Origin: an uncultured cyanobacterium
Lineage (GTDB): Bacteria; Cyanobacteriota; Cyanobacteriia; Cyanobacteriales; Nostocaceae
Reading direction: 5' to 3'
Assembly (NCBI GenBank): GCA_963838355.1
Contig: CAWIQQ010000002.1
Coordinates: 2,827,831 to 2,891,830, forward strand
DNA length: 64,000 nucleotides
Every line of letters begins with the position of its first letter. The stretch's first letter is position 1. This document shows, one piece after another, positions 31,809-41,151 of the stretch. Position numbers and translations under genes: made by a program. The notes beneath the pieces are model-generated. The model searched no databases. It was not told where the DNA came from and saw nothing but the letters and a program-made list of their open reading frames with translations.

Positions 31809-32053
31809 AACTCTCGGTGTTATATTGAAGTTCTAAGGTTTGATTTTCGGTTGTACAAAGTATATAGTTTAAAGCTCTAAAGTAGCCATAGTTGTAGCAC
31901 TTTAGACAAAGTATATTTTCATAAAGGTTCGCAAATTACCAATGCATTATTACTTATAAATTTCGACATATCTTTACGATTATTTAGCTAAATCATAAGC
32001 ATTTTTATGAATTTTGGAGTAAGGATAGTAAGCGCGATTATTGGTTTATATAC

Positions 32054-32094
32054 ATAATAAATCTAGAATACAATAAATTCGTAATTATGCATAC
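32054..32094 (-). promoter_or_regulatory. NtcA box with -10 element facing the vWA-PP2C-kinase operon
   Basis: GTA-N8-TAC at 32081-32094, then 21 nt, then TATTAT (TAN3T) on the minus strand. Confidence 0.55.
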
Positions 32095-32418
32095 GTGGAA
32101 ACTTAAAGATTAGATGTAGAAAAAACCTAAATTGAATGAAAAAGTTAAGGTTTGAAAAATATCTCTTATTAAGAAGAGAATTAATTAACTAATATGCTCA
32201 AAAGAATAGTCATTTTGCCTTTAATGTATTGAATATACGCATATCCCAAAAACAAATGTAACAATTAAACTGTGATGTAATATTTTTAGCTGGTAATATG
32301 TCCATGTTAGAAGAGGGTAGATTGATTCATACAGAATATCCGCTATGCATATACTTAATTAGATTCAATTGATGTTTACAAATATTTTGTCTCCTACAAC
32401 TCTAATTCTCTATCCTAT

Positions 32419-33852
32419 ATGAATAATTTTGCTACATTCACAAAATTGCCTCCCTTAAGTTTGTTAAGACACTTGTCTAGTTGCTTCGAGAATACTTGTT
32501 TGCAAGTTCAAAGTAATTCGGTAGATTGGTGGATTTACCTAGAAGAAGGGAAAATAGCTTATGCGACTCATTCTATAGAACCATTCGATCGACTAGAACG
32601 TCATCTACGTAGGCTTTCGGTGCAAATTCCCGGTTTAACTAGTGAAATTCGCGTGCAGTTACGCATGATGTTTGAACCAGATTCGCAGCGTTTGTCGAAC
32701 CAAACTGTAGAAGATGCTTCATATTCAACATCCCCGGCTCAGCCTTCAGATTATCAAGCAATTTGCTGGTTAGTTAGTCAAAAATATTTGAATCCAACAC
32801 AAGCCGCTATATTAATTCAAGAGTTAGTTAAAGAAGTAATTGAATCATTTTTATTAATAAAAAAAGGTACATACGAATTTCATAAACATTTAAATTTATC
32901 TCCAAAAATTTGCCGACTTGATGCCGAAAAATTACTCTCATTTTCTCAAGATAGATTACAATCTTGGCACAATCTTAATCCACAAATTACTTCTCCATTT
33001 CAGCGTCCTTATTTATGGATTAATACAAAAACTCAAGTACAGAAAATCTCGGAAGTTCAGCCGAATTTAGTGAATTGGATGAAGGGTTTTAGTTTGCGTC
33101 ATCTTGCCGCAATCGTGAATCAAGATGAGCTTCAACTAGCACGAAGTTTATACCCTCATATCCAGAGTGGAGCAATTTTACTACACGAACCAGATCCACC
33201 ATTTGATAAGCTACCTAAGACTGATGTTTTATTATCCTATGCTCCTACAAAAGTACGAATAGGTAATATTGAAGAAGTAACTAACACAACTCATTTAAGA
33301 GAAACCTTACCAGAAAATACTAAACAAAAACAAAGCGTTCCACTTCCAAAGCAAAGAATACCTGTTAATAAAGTAACAATTGCTCCTGTTACCCAACTTT
33401 CTTCTCCTTCTACAGAAAAAGTTGAAAAAGAAATAAAGCCAAATAACATTAAACCTGCTTCTCCTACCGAAACCTTACCACCACAAAAAGTTTACAAAAT
33501 TGTTTCCGTAGATGATAGTCCGGTAATGCTCAAAGAAATTAGTCGTTTCTTAGAAGACGAGAGTTTCTCTGTTGTTACTATAGATAATCCTCTTAAAGCT
33601 GTAATGTCAATTATTCGACATCAGCCAGATTTAATTTTATTAGATTTAAACATGGAAGGAATTGATGGTTATGAATTGTGTCGAATAATACGGAACAACT
33701 CTAAATTCAAGCATACTCCCATAGTTATGGTCACGGGAAGCAAAGGATTGGTAGACAAAGTAAAGGCGAGGTTGGTAGGAGCTAGTGGCTATTTAACTAA
33801 ACCTTTTACTCGTGCCGATTTACTCAAAATGGTATTTATGCATTTAACTTGA
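32419..33852 (+). CDS. PatA-family response regulator (PATAN + receiver)
   Basis: WWIYLEEGKIAYATHS PATAN motif, DYQAICWL, C-terminal receiver (VDDS, LLDLNM, KPF); probably a paralogue rather than patA itself. Confidence 0.85.
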   Translation: MNNFATFTKLPPLSLLRHLSSCFENTCLQVQSNSVDWWIYLEEGKIAYATHSIEPFDRLERHLRRLSVQIPGLTSEIRVQLRMMFEPDSQRLSNQTVEDASYSTSPAQPSDYQAICWLVSQKYLNPTQAAILIQELVKEVIESFLLIKKGTYEFHKHLNLSPKICRLDAEKLLSFSQDRLQSWHNLNPQITSPFQRPYLWINTKTQVQKISEVQPNLVNWMKGFSLRHLAAIVNQDELQLARSLYPHIQSGAILLHEPDPPFDKLPKTDVLLSYAPTKVRIGNIEEVTNTTHLRETLPENTKQKQSVPLPKQRIPVNKVTIAPVTQLSSPSTEKVEKEIKPNNIKPASPTETLPPQKVYKIVSVDDSPVMLKEISRFLEDESFSVVTIDNPLKAVMSIIRHQPDLILLDLNMEGIDGYELCRIIRNNSKFKHTPIVMVTGSKGLVDKVKARLVGASGYLTKPFTRADLLKMVFMHLT

Positions 33853-33944
33853 TTTGTTGGAGCAATATCAGCTATAAATTACTCGTCAACGCATCGGTTT
33901 GATTCGAGACTCGGACTACTAAATATAGATCGTAAGGAAACAAC

Positions 33945-34307
33945 ATGGCTACTGTTTTGGTTGTTGAAGATACTCCTTCTCAACTGGAGTTGATGAACAT
34001 TTTTTTGCAAGAAGCTGGTTATACGGTTATTCGAGCAACTAATGCTAAAGACGGCTTGGAGAAAGCACAAATGCATCAGCCTTCGGCGATTATTACAGAT
34101 GTAGTAATGCCGGGAATGAGTGGTTTTGAATTTTGTCGTAAGTTAAAAAGAGATGTCGATACAAAAAAAATACCGATTATATTTTGTAGTTCCAAAAACA
34201 AAGATATTGACCGCATTTGGGGAATGAGACAAGGTGCGGATTTTTATCTGACAAAACCTTTCACCAGACAGGAATTAATTGGTGTGGTGAAATCAATTAT
34301 CAATTAA
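33945..34307 (+). CDS. Single-domain CheY/PilH-like response regulator
   Basis: VEDT, TDVVMPGMSGFE, TKPF. Confidence 0.85.
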   Translation: MATVLVVEDTPSQLELMNIFLQEAGYTVIRATNAKDGLEKAQMHQPSAIITDVVMPGMSGFEFCRKLKRDVDTKKIPIIFCSSKNKDIDRIWGMRQGADFYLTKPFTRQELIGVVKSIIN

Positions 34308-34825
34308 TAATTTCACTGGACTAATATTTATTATTCTACAGTGTATCTACCTAAAATTCAACATTACTTTCCAAGTGCGTTAACAAAGTTTAACGCTTAA
34401 TTTTTCTATTGGGGATTTTGCGATCGATTACTTCTATAAGTTTTCAGAATTACCCTAAAAATAAATATAATAAATACCAAATCTTTATGTCTGATTATAT
34501 ACACTAAAAATCTTTAATTGCTTTTTGTAAAATATAGATTTATGACTATTGATACTTAATATAATGTTCGTTTGATTACTTGTAATAAAAGATCGGCAAA
34601 CTCTATTATTAATATTCATTTGAACCATGAACCCGGTTTTTTTAGCTGGGTTTTTTAAGTAGCGATTTTTATCTTACGACTCCGAGACTCAAAATCCGAT
34701 ATTTGACAGCGCAATCTTAAAAACCTATTACCGAATTCCTGATTGCCAATACCCCATTCCCATTTAAAATAGTCTTTGCGTGTTTATTTAATCGCTATTT
34801 TTAATCGGATAATCAAAAATATTCC

Positions 34826-37264
34826 ATGCGTATATCTTTAAATTGGTTGCAAGAACTTGTAGAGTTAAAATTAAGCCCTGAAGACCTAGCAGAAACACTG
34901 ACGATGGCAGGGTTTGAAGTCGAAGATATTGAAGACCGTCGCACATGGGCTGATGGCGTTGTAATCGGAAAAGTGAAAAGCCGCGAACAACATCCAAATG
35001 CCGATAAACTAAGCGTTTGTCAAGTTGATGTGGGAAGCGGCGAAAATTTAAATATTGTCTGCGGCGCTGCTAACGTTCGTGCAGACATATATGTGCCAGT
35101 TGCAACAGTAGGTACTTACTTACCAAACAAAGATTTGAAAATTAAACCCGCTAAACTGCGCGGCGTACCTTCCCAAGGAATGATTTGTTCTTTGGAAGAA
35201 TTGGGTTTACCTACCGATGTAGACGGAATTCATATTTTTTCTGGGGAAAATATCAAAATAGGTGATGATGTTCGTCCGCTATTGGGTTTGGACGATGTAA
35301 TTTTGGATGTAACCGCTACCGCAAATCGCGCCGATGCTTTGAGTATGGTAGGCATAGCGCGAGAAGTCGCGGCAATAACTGGAGGTAAGCTGAAAATTCC
35401 CCAGCCAGAAGAAATCTCGGTTCCTCAAGGTACGGGAAATTTGAGTATCAAAGTTGATGAGACTAAAGCTTGTCCTGCATACATTGGAACGGCGATCGCA
35501 CAAGTTAAAATTGCTCCATCTCCCGACTGGTTGCAGCAACGGTTGTTATCTGCGGGAGTAAGACCGATTAGCAACATCGTGGATATTACCAACTATGTGA
35601 TGTTGGAATGGGGACAACCATTACACGCATTCGATCGCACGCGACTGCAAAGTATTGCTGGTAGCGAGGATATTAGTATTGGAGTGAGGTTTGCTAATAA
35701 CGGGGAAAGTTTCAAAACCTTGGATGGAAAAACCCGCAACTTATCAACTCAGAATTTATTGATTACCGTTAACAATAAACCCGTGGCTTTAGCGGGAGTT
35801 ATGGGTGGAGAAGAAAGCGAAGTTCATGACGGAAGCGAAAGCTTAGTTTTAGAAGCAGCGTTGTTTGATAATGCCGTTATTCGTCGTTCATCTCGCAGCG
35901 TTGGCTTGAGAAGCGAATCCTCTACCAGATACGAGCGAGGAGTAAATCACGCCGAATTAGAAATTGCCTGTCGTCGTGCTTTATCATTAATAGTAGAAAT
36001 TGCTGGTGGTACTTTAAAAACTCAAGAAATTTCCGATACTCGTCCCGACGCTTCAGCTTGGACACGTTCGATTGAATTGCGTTTAGATCGAGTTAATCAG
36101 ATACTTGGCCCTGTAGACTTAGGGGAAGAAGAAACCGGAGAAATAAAAGGTCAAGATGTTGAGCGGATTTTAACTGCTTTGGGATGTCGGTTAACTGTTT
36201 CTGGTGATGGAACATGGGCTGTTAACGTACCTGCATATCGCTACCGCGACTTAGAGCGAGAAATTGATTTAATCGAAGAAATTGCTCGTTTGTACGGTTA
36301 CGACAATCTTTGCGATACTTTACCGGAAAAGCCGGAAGTTGGTTATTTACCAGTAGATCAAGAATTAATTCGCAAACTACGAGCTGCATTCCGCGCTACC
36401 GGATTAACCGAATTAATGCACTACTCCTTGGTGAAACCCGGAGAAGAAAGACAGGTAGTTTTAAGTAATCCCTTGTTTGCAGAATATTCAGCATTACGAA
36501 CTGATTTGATATCCGGTTTAATTGATGCCTTTCAATACAATATCCAACAAGGAAATGGTGCGCTTAACGGTTTTGAAATCGGACGAATCTTCTGGGAAGA
36601 AGAAGAAGGTTTTCAAGAAGTAGATACTGTAGGGGGAATCATCGGAGGTGATATTACTTCCAGCAAGTGGATGAGCGGAGGTAGTCAGCAATCCATAAAT
36701 TGGTTTGAAGCCAAAGGTGTTTTAGAAAGCGTCTTTAAAGTCATGGGATTGCAGGTAGAATATCAGCCAGATAGACGCGACGATCGCCTACATCCAGGGC
36801 GTACCGCTTCGCTTTGGGTGGGGGGAAATAGGTTAGGGGTATTTGGACAAGTGCATCCTCAAGTTCGCAGCGAAAAAGATTTACCCGCTGATGTTTATGT
36901 ATTTCAACTGGATTTAGAAGTACTTTTAGATGCCATTGACGAAGAAGATGTATTGACACCAAAATTCAAAACTTATTCTACCTATCCAGCTTCCGATAGA
37001 GATATCGCCTTCTTCGCACCCGTTAACTTGACGGTAGCCGACATTGAAAAAACCATTACAAAAGCCGGTAAAAATTTATTAGATTCCGTCGAACTATTCG
37101 ATGAGTATCGTGGCGAAAACGTACCCGAAGGACAAAGAAGCTTAGCATTTCGCTTAATCTATCGTTTAGGCGATCGCACTCTTACCGACGCAGATGTCGA
37201 ACCAGTACATCAAAAAGTTAGAGATACTTTAGTTGAGAAATTTGGGGTAAGTTTGAGGAGTTAG
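34826..37264 (+). CDS. pheT: Phenylalanine-tRNA ligase beta subunit
   Basis: [59 protein letters not shown]. Confidence 0.97.
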   Translation: MRISLNWLQELVELKLSPEDLAETLTMAGFEVEDIEDRRTWADGVVIGKVKSREQHPNADKLSVCQVDVGSGENLNIVCGAANVRADIYVPVATVGTYLPNKDLKIKPAKLRGVPSQGMICSLEELGLPTDVDGIHIFSGENIKIGDDVRPLLGLDDVILDVTATANRADALSMVGIAREVAAITGGKLKIPQPEEISVPQGTGNLSIKVDETKACPAYIGTAIAQVKIAPSPDWLQQRLLSAGVRPISNIVDITNYVMLEWGQPLHAFDRTRLQSIAGSEDISIGVRFANNGESFKTLDGKTRNLSTQNLLITVNNKPVALAGVMGGEESEVHDGSESLVLEAALFDNAVIRRSSRSVGLRSESSTRYERGVNHAELEIACRRALSLIVEIAGGTLKTQEISDTRPDASAWTRSIELRLDRVNQILGPVDLGEEETGEIKGQDVERILTALGCRLTVSGDGTWAVNVPAYRYRDLEREIDLIEEIARLYGYDNLCDTLPEKPEVGYLPVDQELIRKLRAAFRATGLTELMHYSLVKPGEERQVVLSNPLFAEYSALRTDLISGLIDAFQYNIQQGNGALNGFEIGRIFWEEEEGFQEVDTVGGIIGGDITSSKWMSGGSQQSINWFEAKGVLESVFKVMGLQVEYQPDRRDDRLHPGRTASLWVGGNRLGVFGQVHPQVRSEKDLPADVYVFQLDLEVLLDAIDEEDVLTPKFKTYSTYPASDRDIAFFAPVNLTVADIEKTITKAGKNLLDSVELFDEYRGENVPEGQRSLAFRLIYRLGDRTLTDADVEPVHQKVRDTLVEKFGVSLRS

Positions 37265-37277
37265 GCAACGGATGGAG

Positions 37278-37357
37278 TTAGGAATTGGGCATTGGTAATT
37301 GGTAATTGGGAGTTGGGAGTTGGGCATCGGGCATCGGGCATCGGGCATCGGGCATTT
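37278..37357. repeat. Heptamer STRR tract
   Basis: GGGCATT, GGTAATT, GGGAGTT, GGGCATC units after pheT. Confidence 0.75.
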
Positions 37358-37450
37358 AAATTCTCTCCCCTTGTCTCCTTGTCTCCCCCTCCCCTCTCCC
37401 CCTCTAATCCCTAATATAATTGTTCACTGTTCACTGTTCACTGATTAACC

Positions 37451-37720
37451 ATGACTAAATATATAATGTGGGGCAGCTACTGCGAAAACGTTTTAGAAAA
37501 AAGAGCGCCATTTCGTCAAGAGCATTTGGATGGATTGAAAAAGCAGAAAGAAGATGGTGTTTTAGTTACTTTAGGGCCAACAAAGGATAATACAAAAGTT
37601 TTTGGAATTTACGAAGCCGAAGATGAAGAAACGGTGCGTAAGTTAGTAGAAAATGATGCTTATTGGAAAAATGGGATTTGGACTGAGTATTTTGTAAAAG
37701 AGTGGGTGCAGGCTTTTTGA
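37451..37720 (+). CDS. YciI-family protein
   Basis: RAPFRQEHL, GPT, DAYWKNGIW. Confidence 0.85.
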   Translation: MTKYIMWGSYCENVLEKRAPFRQEHLDGLKKQKEDGVLVTLGPTKDNTKVFGIYEAEDEETVRKLVENDAYWKNGIWTEYFVKEWVQAF

Positions 37721-37749
37721 TGATGAGAAATTAAGATAATTTATTTCAA

Positions 37750-37805
37750 GTTCGTAGTAAGGACTTTAGTTCTTTATATTTAGTGCTAAAGCACTTACTA
37801 CGAAC
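37750..37805. repeat. REP-like inverted repeat
   Basis: GTTCGTAGTAAG...CTTACTACGAAC 12-bp perfect arms. Confidence 0.7.
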
Positions 37806-37837
37806 AAATAGAAGAAGCTTTAGGACAATATATTAAT

Positions 37838-37970
37838 ATATAGCGGTTTTCAGTTCGATGCAATACAGATTTCATATCACCTCATTTTCTAGACATCCCT
37901 CTCCAAAATATCGGAGAGGGAATGAGGGTGAGGTTTTTAATGTATTCTACTCAACCGAAAACCGCTATAT
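37838..37970. mobile_element. MITE family A copy 4
   Basis: 14-bp perfect TIR ATATAGCGGTTTTC / GAAAACCGCTATAT, extending imperfectly to about 30 bp; CCCTCTCC...GGAGAGGG core. Confidence 0.8.
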
Positions 37971-37978
37971 TTCTAATT

Positions 37979-38040
37979 TTGTAGTGCGAGCATCTTGCTC
38001 GCTGGCGCTTTCCGGAGCGAGTAGGATGCTCGCACTACAA
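37979..38040. repeat. REP-like inverted doublet, same family as 3200-3260
   Basis: TTGTAGTGCGAGCATCTTGCTCGC...GCGAGTAGGATGCTCGCACTACAA; single arms also at 47058-47082 and 54267-54291. Confidence 0.8.
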
Positions 38041-38081
38041 ATCAATAGTTTTCTATTTAGAATAGCTATAGTATAAATTCT

Positions 38082-41015
38082 TTACTTTTCCCCATTCCAA
38101 GCTCGAACAAAATCCCCATAATTCATTTTCTCGGCACAATACCACAGCAGTTTATAACAATATTTAGATTCTTCTAAATTAATTTCGTTAACCTCTTCAT
38201 AAAAACAACTTTTCAACGATGCAATTAATTTTGGCATCTGCTCGTTATCAATAATCTTCTTTAAATCTTCTGCGGCATTTTTTCTGTCAGAATCTTTTTT
38301 TGCTGATTTAACTAAATCTATTAAAGTATTAAAAGCAAGTTGATTGTGCGGTTCTAATTTCACTAAACTCGAAGCCCTACGCCTTTTACTATCGTCGTTT
38401 TTCGCAGTTGCAATTCCTTCAACTAAAGCTGCAATTGCTTTTTCGTTATTTCTAGATTTATTTTTTGATTTGCGTCTTGTTGGTTTATCATTTTTCTTCT
38501 TATTAGATGTATTTAAGGCAAAAGCAAGTTTATTTTTTGGAGTAAGAGTTAATAAATTTTCTGCTGCATATTGCTTTTGCTGTTTATTTGTTGACGAAGT
38601 AATTATTTTTTCTAAAGTTGAAATAGCAATTTTATTTTCAGGCTGGCATTTACCCAAACTAAACGCGGCTTTTCTGCGAATAGATTCCTTTTTAGTTGAT
38701 TGAATTATTTTAATTAACGCTGTTATGGCGATAGAATTTCCCGGTTCAATTTTTGCTAAACTATCTGCTGCTTGCAAGCGAAAGTTTTCATGGTAAAAAG
38801 ATGTTATTAATCTTTCTAACGTCGAAATTGCTAATTTATTACCAGGATCGAAAAAATTTCCTAAACTATAAGCAGCATTCCAGGTATCGAAATCGCTTTG
38901 ACTCGATGCAATAAATTCTTCTAAAGCATTAATAGCACAATTGCGATCGGTTTTTAACAAGCTAACCCGCGCACCTTCAGCAATTGGTGAAGGATATCTC
39001 CACCATCTTTTTGGTGTGGAATCAAAATAACCAAAACGCCATTTTATCAATTGTTTTAAGATAGTTTCGCACAAAGAGCAATCTGCAAATTCGGCGATTC
39101 CTTCCGCAGCTAAAAAATAAGCTTGATAACTATAAAATCCACCGCAATCGTCTTCAAATTCGATTAAGTTTTTGATAAATTCCTCTTTGCTTGATTGAGG
39201 TATATCATCTCTACCAAACCATAGTAGAATTACTTCTTTCCATTGATACTCGAAGATGGGAAGAGAGGGGGGAGAGGGGGAGGAGGGGGAAGAATTTAGG
39301 AAAAATTGCCAATTATCGATCGCTAATGCTGCAAAATATTCTTGAAATGTTGGATGGTAAAAGGCGTATACTTTTTCACCTTGGGCTGATATTCCTACTT
39401 GATTGAGCCAGCCGAGTTGAAGTGCTAATTGAAACAAGCCTTCGTCAGGTGCGCCTAAAACTTCACATACAAAACGATGTCTGAGACGAAACTTGGTTTT
39501 CTCGTTGGCGATCGCCATTAATGCCAGTTTTCCTAAAGCTTGATTTAACTGGCTTCTCTGGGTTGATGTGGTAGGAAATTTATCTTGCTTCCATTCGTAA
39601 ATTGCTTCTACAAATTTTTCGTAGAGCATGGCTTTGGTATTGGGCAATCCACCGCGTCTTAATCCCCAAATACGACACATCAAAGCCAATCGCAAAGGAT
39701 TCTTTAAAGCATCGCGAATCCTGCGACGTGCGGGTTGTTCTAATTCCGTTCGTAAATTCTCGCGTAATTGTGGATTTTTCTCAAACCAACAATTGATAAA
39801 TTTCCCCATCAAATCTGAAGAATTGGGATTACCGTAAGTAAAATTCAGGTTGCGGAAAGTATCAAAATCTGACAAAGCATTTTTTCCAGCATCCCAAACG
39901 TTTAAGCGACAGGTAATAATTACAGCCGCATCTGCTACCCAACCTTTGAGATAATCGGCAATTTTACTTAAAGCCAAACTTGATTCTATTGCCATTTCAT
40001 CCACAGCATCCAGCAGCAACCATACTCTTCCTTGGTTAAATTGTTCGCAAAAATCATCTTCCATCTCTGGAGAAATCTTTCGCTTGCGAGTAGCCGCTTT
40101 CAACCAATCTTCAATTAAATAATCTTCTAAACTTTTTCCCTGTAAATCCGCAAGAGAAACCCAAATAGGTAAAAATTGCGTATTATCGGCTAGATAAGTG
40201 GCAATTTTTTGTAAAAGCGTAGTTTTACCAGCACCAGGTTCGCCTAAAATAGCAATGCGGCTACTTTCTTTCGATTGTAGTTGTTGTAAGAACTTATCTA
40301 AAGTTAAAGCTTCGCTGACATCACCATCTTCCGACTCATATAACTGCGAACCTTTTCCCGGATGAACATCACCACCACGTCTTTCAAGGCGATCGCGCTT
40401 CACCAAACCCAAAGGTACGTAAACTTCATCTAGTGCAAAACTTACACCATCCGCACTTGTCAGAGGATTGGTAGTTAATCTTCTATTTAAAACTTGATGA
40501 CAAACTTCCGTCCAATTTAGAGAGAGGAGAGAGGGGGTAGAAAGGGTAGAGGAGGGAGAGGGGGTAGAAATTTGTAACTCACCTTGTCCCCTTGTCCCCT
40601 TGTCTTCTTTTCTCAACTTCCATTCGCGATCAAATTTATCTAGATTCGCTTCCGTTTCATAGCGAGAGTACCAAAGATTTAATGTAAAATGCCAGTTTTC
40701 TGAACCTCCACGAGTTGCGCGATTATCTTCGAGAATTTCTAGAAAATCAGTAAATCTTTTTAATGCTTCTTTAATTTGTTCGGCTTTTAAAGTCGTTTTA
40801 TCATCAATTAATCCGGTTAATTCTTGCAAAAACCGCACCTTAGTTCTGATAACCAGACGTTTTTCTGTTAACCAGCGAATTTTAATATGAGTTCGTATTG
40901 CATCAACTACAGTTTCGTTAGATATATCAAGCTCATCATTTGCGTAAATCAAAAGTGACTTTAGCAAACGCTTCGCTCGTTTCTGAACTTGTAAACCATA
41001 GCTAATTCTTGCCAT
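38082..41015 (-). CDS. NACHT-family STAND NTPase with HEAT-like repeats (NLR-like)
   Basis: GEPGAGKTT Walker A, LLLDAVDE Walker B, FYHPTFQEYFAA, C-terminal RxxAAxSLxK helical repeats; about 130-aa N-terminal domain not recognised. Confidence 0.85.
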   Translation of the reverse strand: MARISYGLQVQKRAKRLLKSLLIYANDELDISNETVVDAIRTHIKIRWLTEKRLVIRTKVRFLQELTGLIDDKTTLKAEQIKEALKRFTDFLEILEDNRATRGGSENWHFTLNLWYSRYETEANLDKFDREWKLRKEDKGTRGQGELQISTPSPSSTLSTPSLLSLNWTEVCHQVLNRRLTTNPLTSADGVSFALDEVYVPLGLVKRDRLERRGGDVHPGKGSQLYESEDGDVSEALTLDKFLQQLQSKESSRIAILGEPGAGKTTLLQKIATYLADNTQFLPIWVSLADLQGKSLEDYLIEDWLKAATRKRKISPEMEDDFCEQFNQGRVWLLLDAVDEMAIESSLALSKIADYLKGWVADAAVIITCRLNVWDAGKNALSDFDTFRNLNFTYGNPNSSDLMGKFINCWFEKNPQLRENLRTELEQPARRRIRDALKNPLRLALMCRIWGLRRGGLPNTKAMLYEKFVEAIYEWKQDKFPTTSTQRSQLNQALGKLALMAIANEKTKFRLRHRFVCEVLGAPDEGLFQLALQLGWLNQVGISAQGEKVYAFYHPTFQEYFAALAIDNWQFFLNSSPSSPSPPSLPIFEYQWKEVILLWFGRDDIPQSSKEEFIKNLIEFEDDCGGFYSYQAYFLAAEGIAEFADCSLCETILKQLIKWRFGYFDSTPKRWWRYPSPIAEGARVSLLKTDRNCAINALEEFIASSQSDFDTWNAAYSLGNFFDPGNKLAISTLERLITSFYHENFRLQAADSLAKIEPGNSIAITALIKIIQSTKKESIRRKAAFSLGKCQPENKIAISTLEKIITSSTNKQQKQYAAENLLTLTPKNKLAFALNTSNKKKNDKPTRRKSKNKSRNNEKAIAALVEGIATAKNDDSKRRRASSLVKLEPHNQLAFNTLIDLVKSAKKDSDRKNAAEDLKKIIDNEQMPKLIASLKSCFYEEVNEINLEESKYCYKLLWYCAEKMNYGDFVRAWNGEK

Positions 41016-41151
41016 AACAGTGAGCAGTTATCAGTGAACAGTTATCAATTATTAAATATTAACTCTTAACTCCTAATTCTTTATTCTCAATCTGAAATTG
41101 CAAATTCCAAACCTAAAATTTAATAACTCTTAACTCTTAACTCTTAACTCC

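Noticed and set aside
32419-33852. Naming this gene patA
   Set aside because: Domain architecture fits the family, but it is longer than and diverged from recalled PatA; orthology cannot be shown without a tree.
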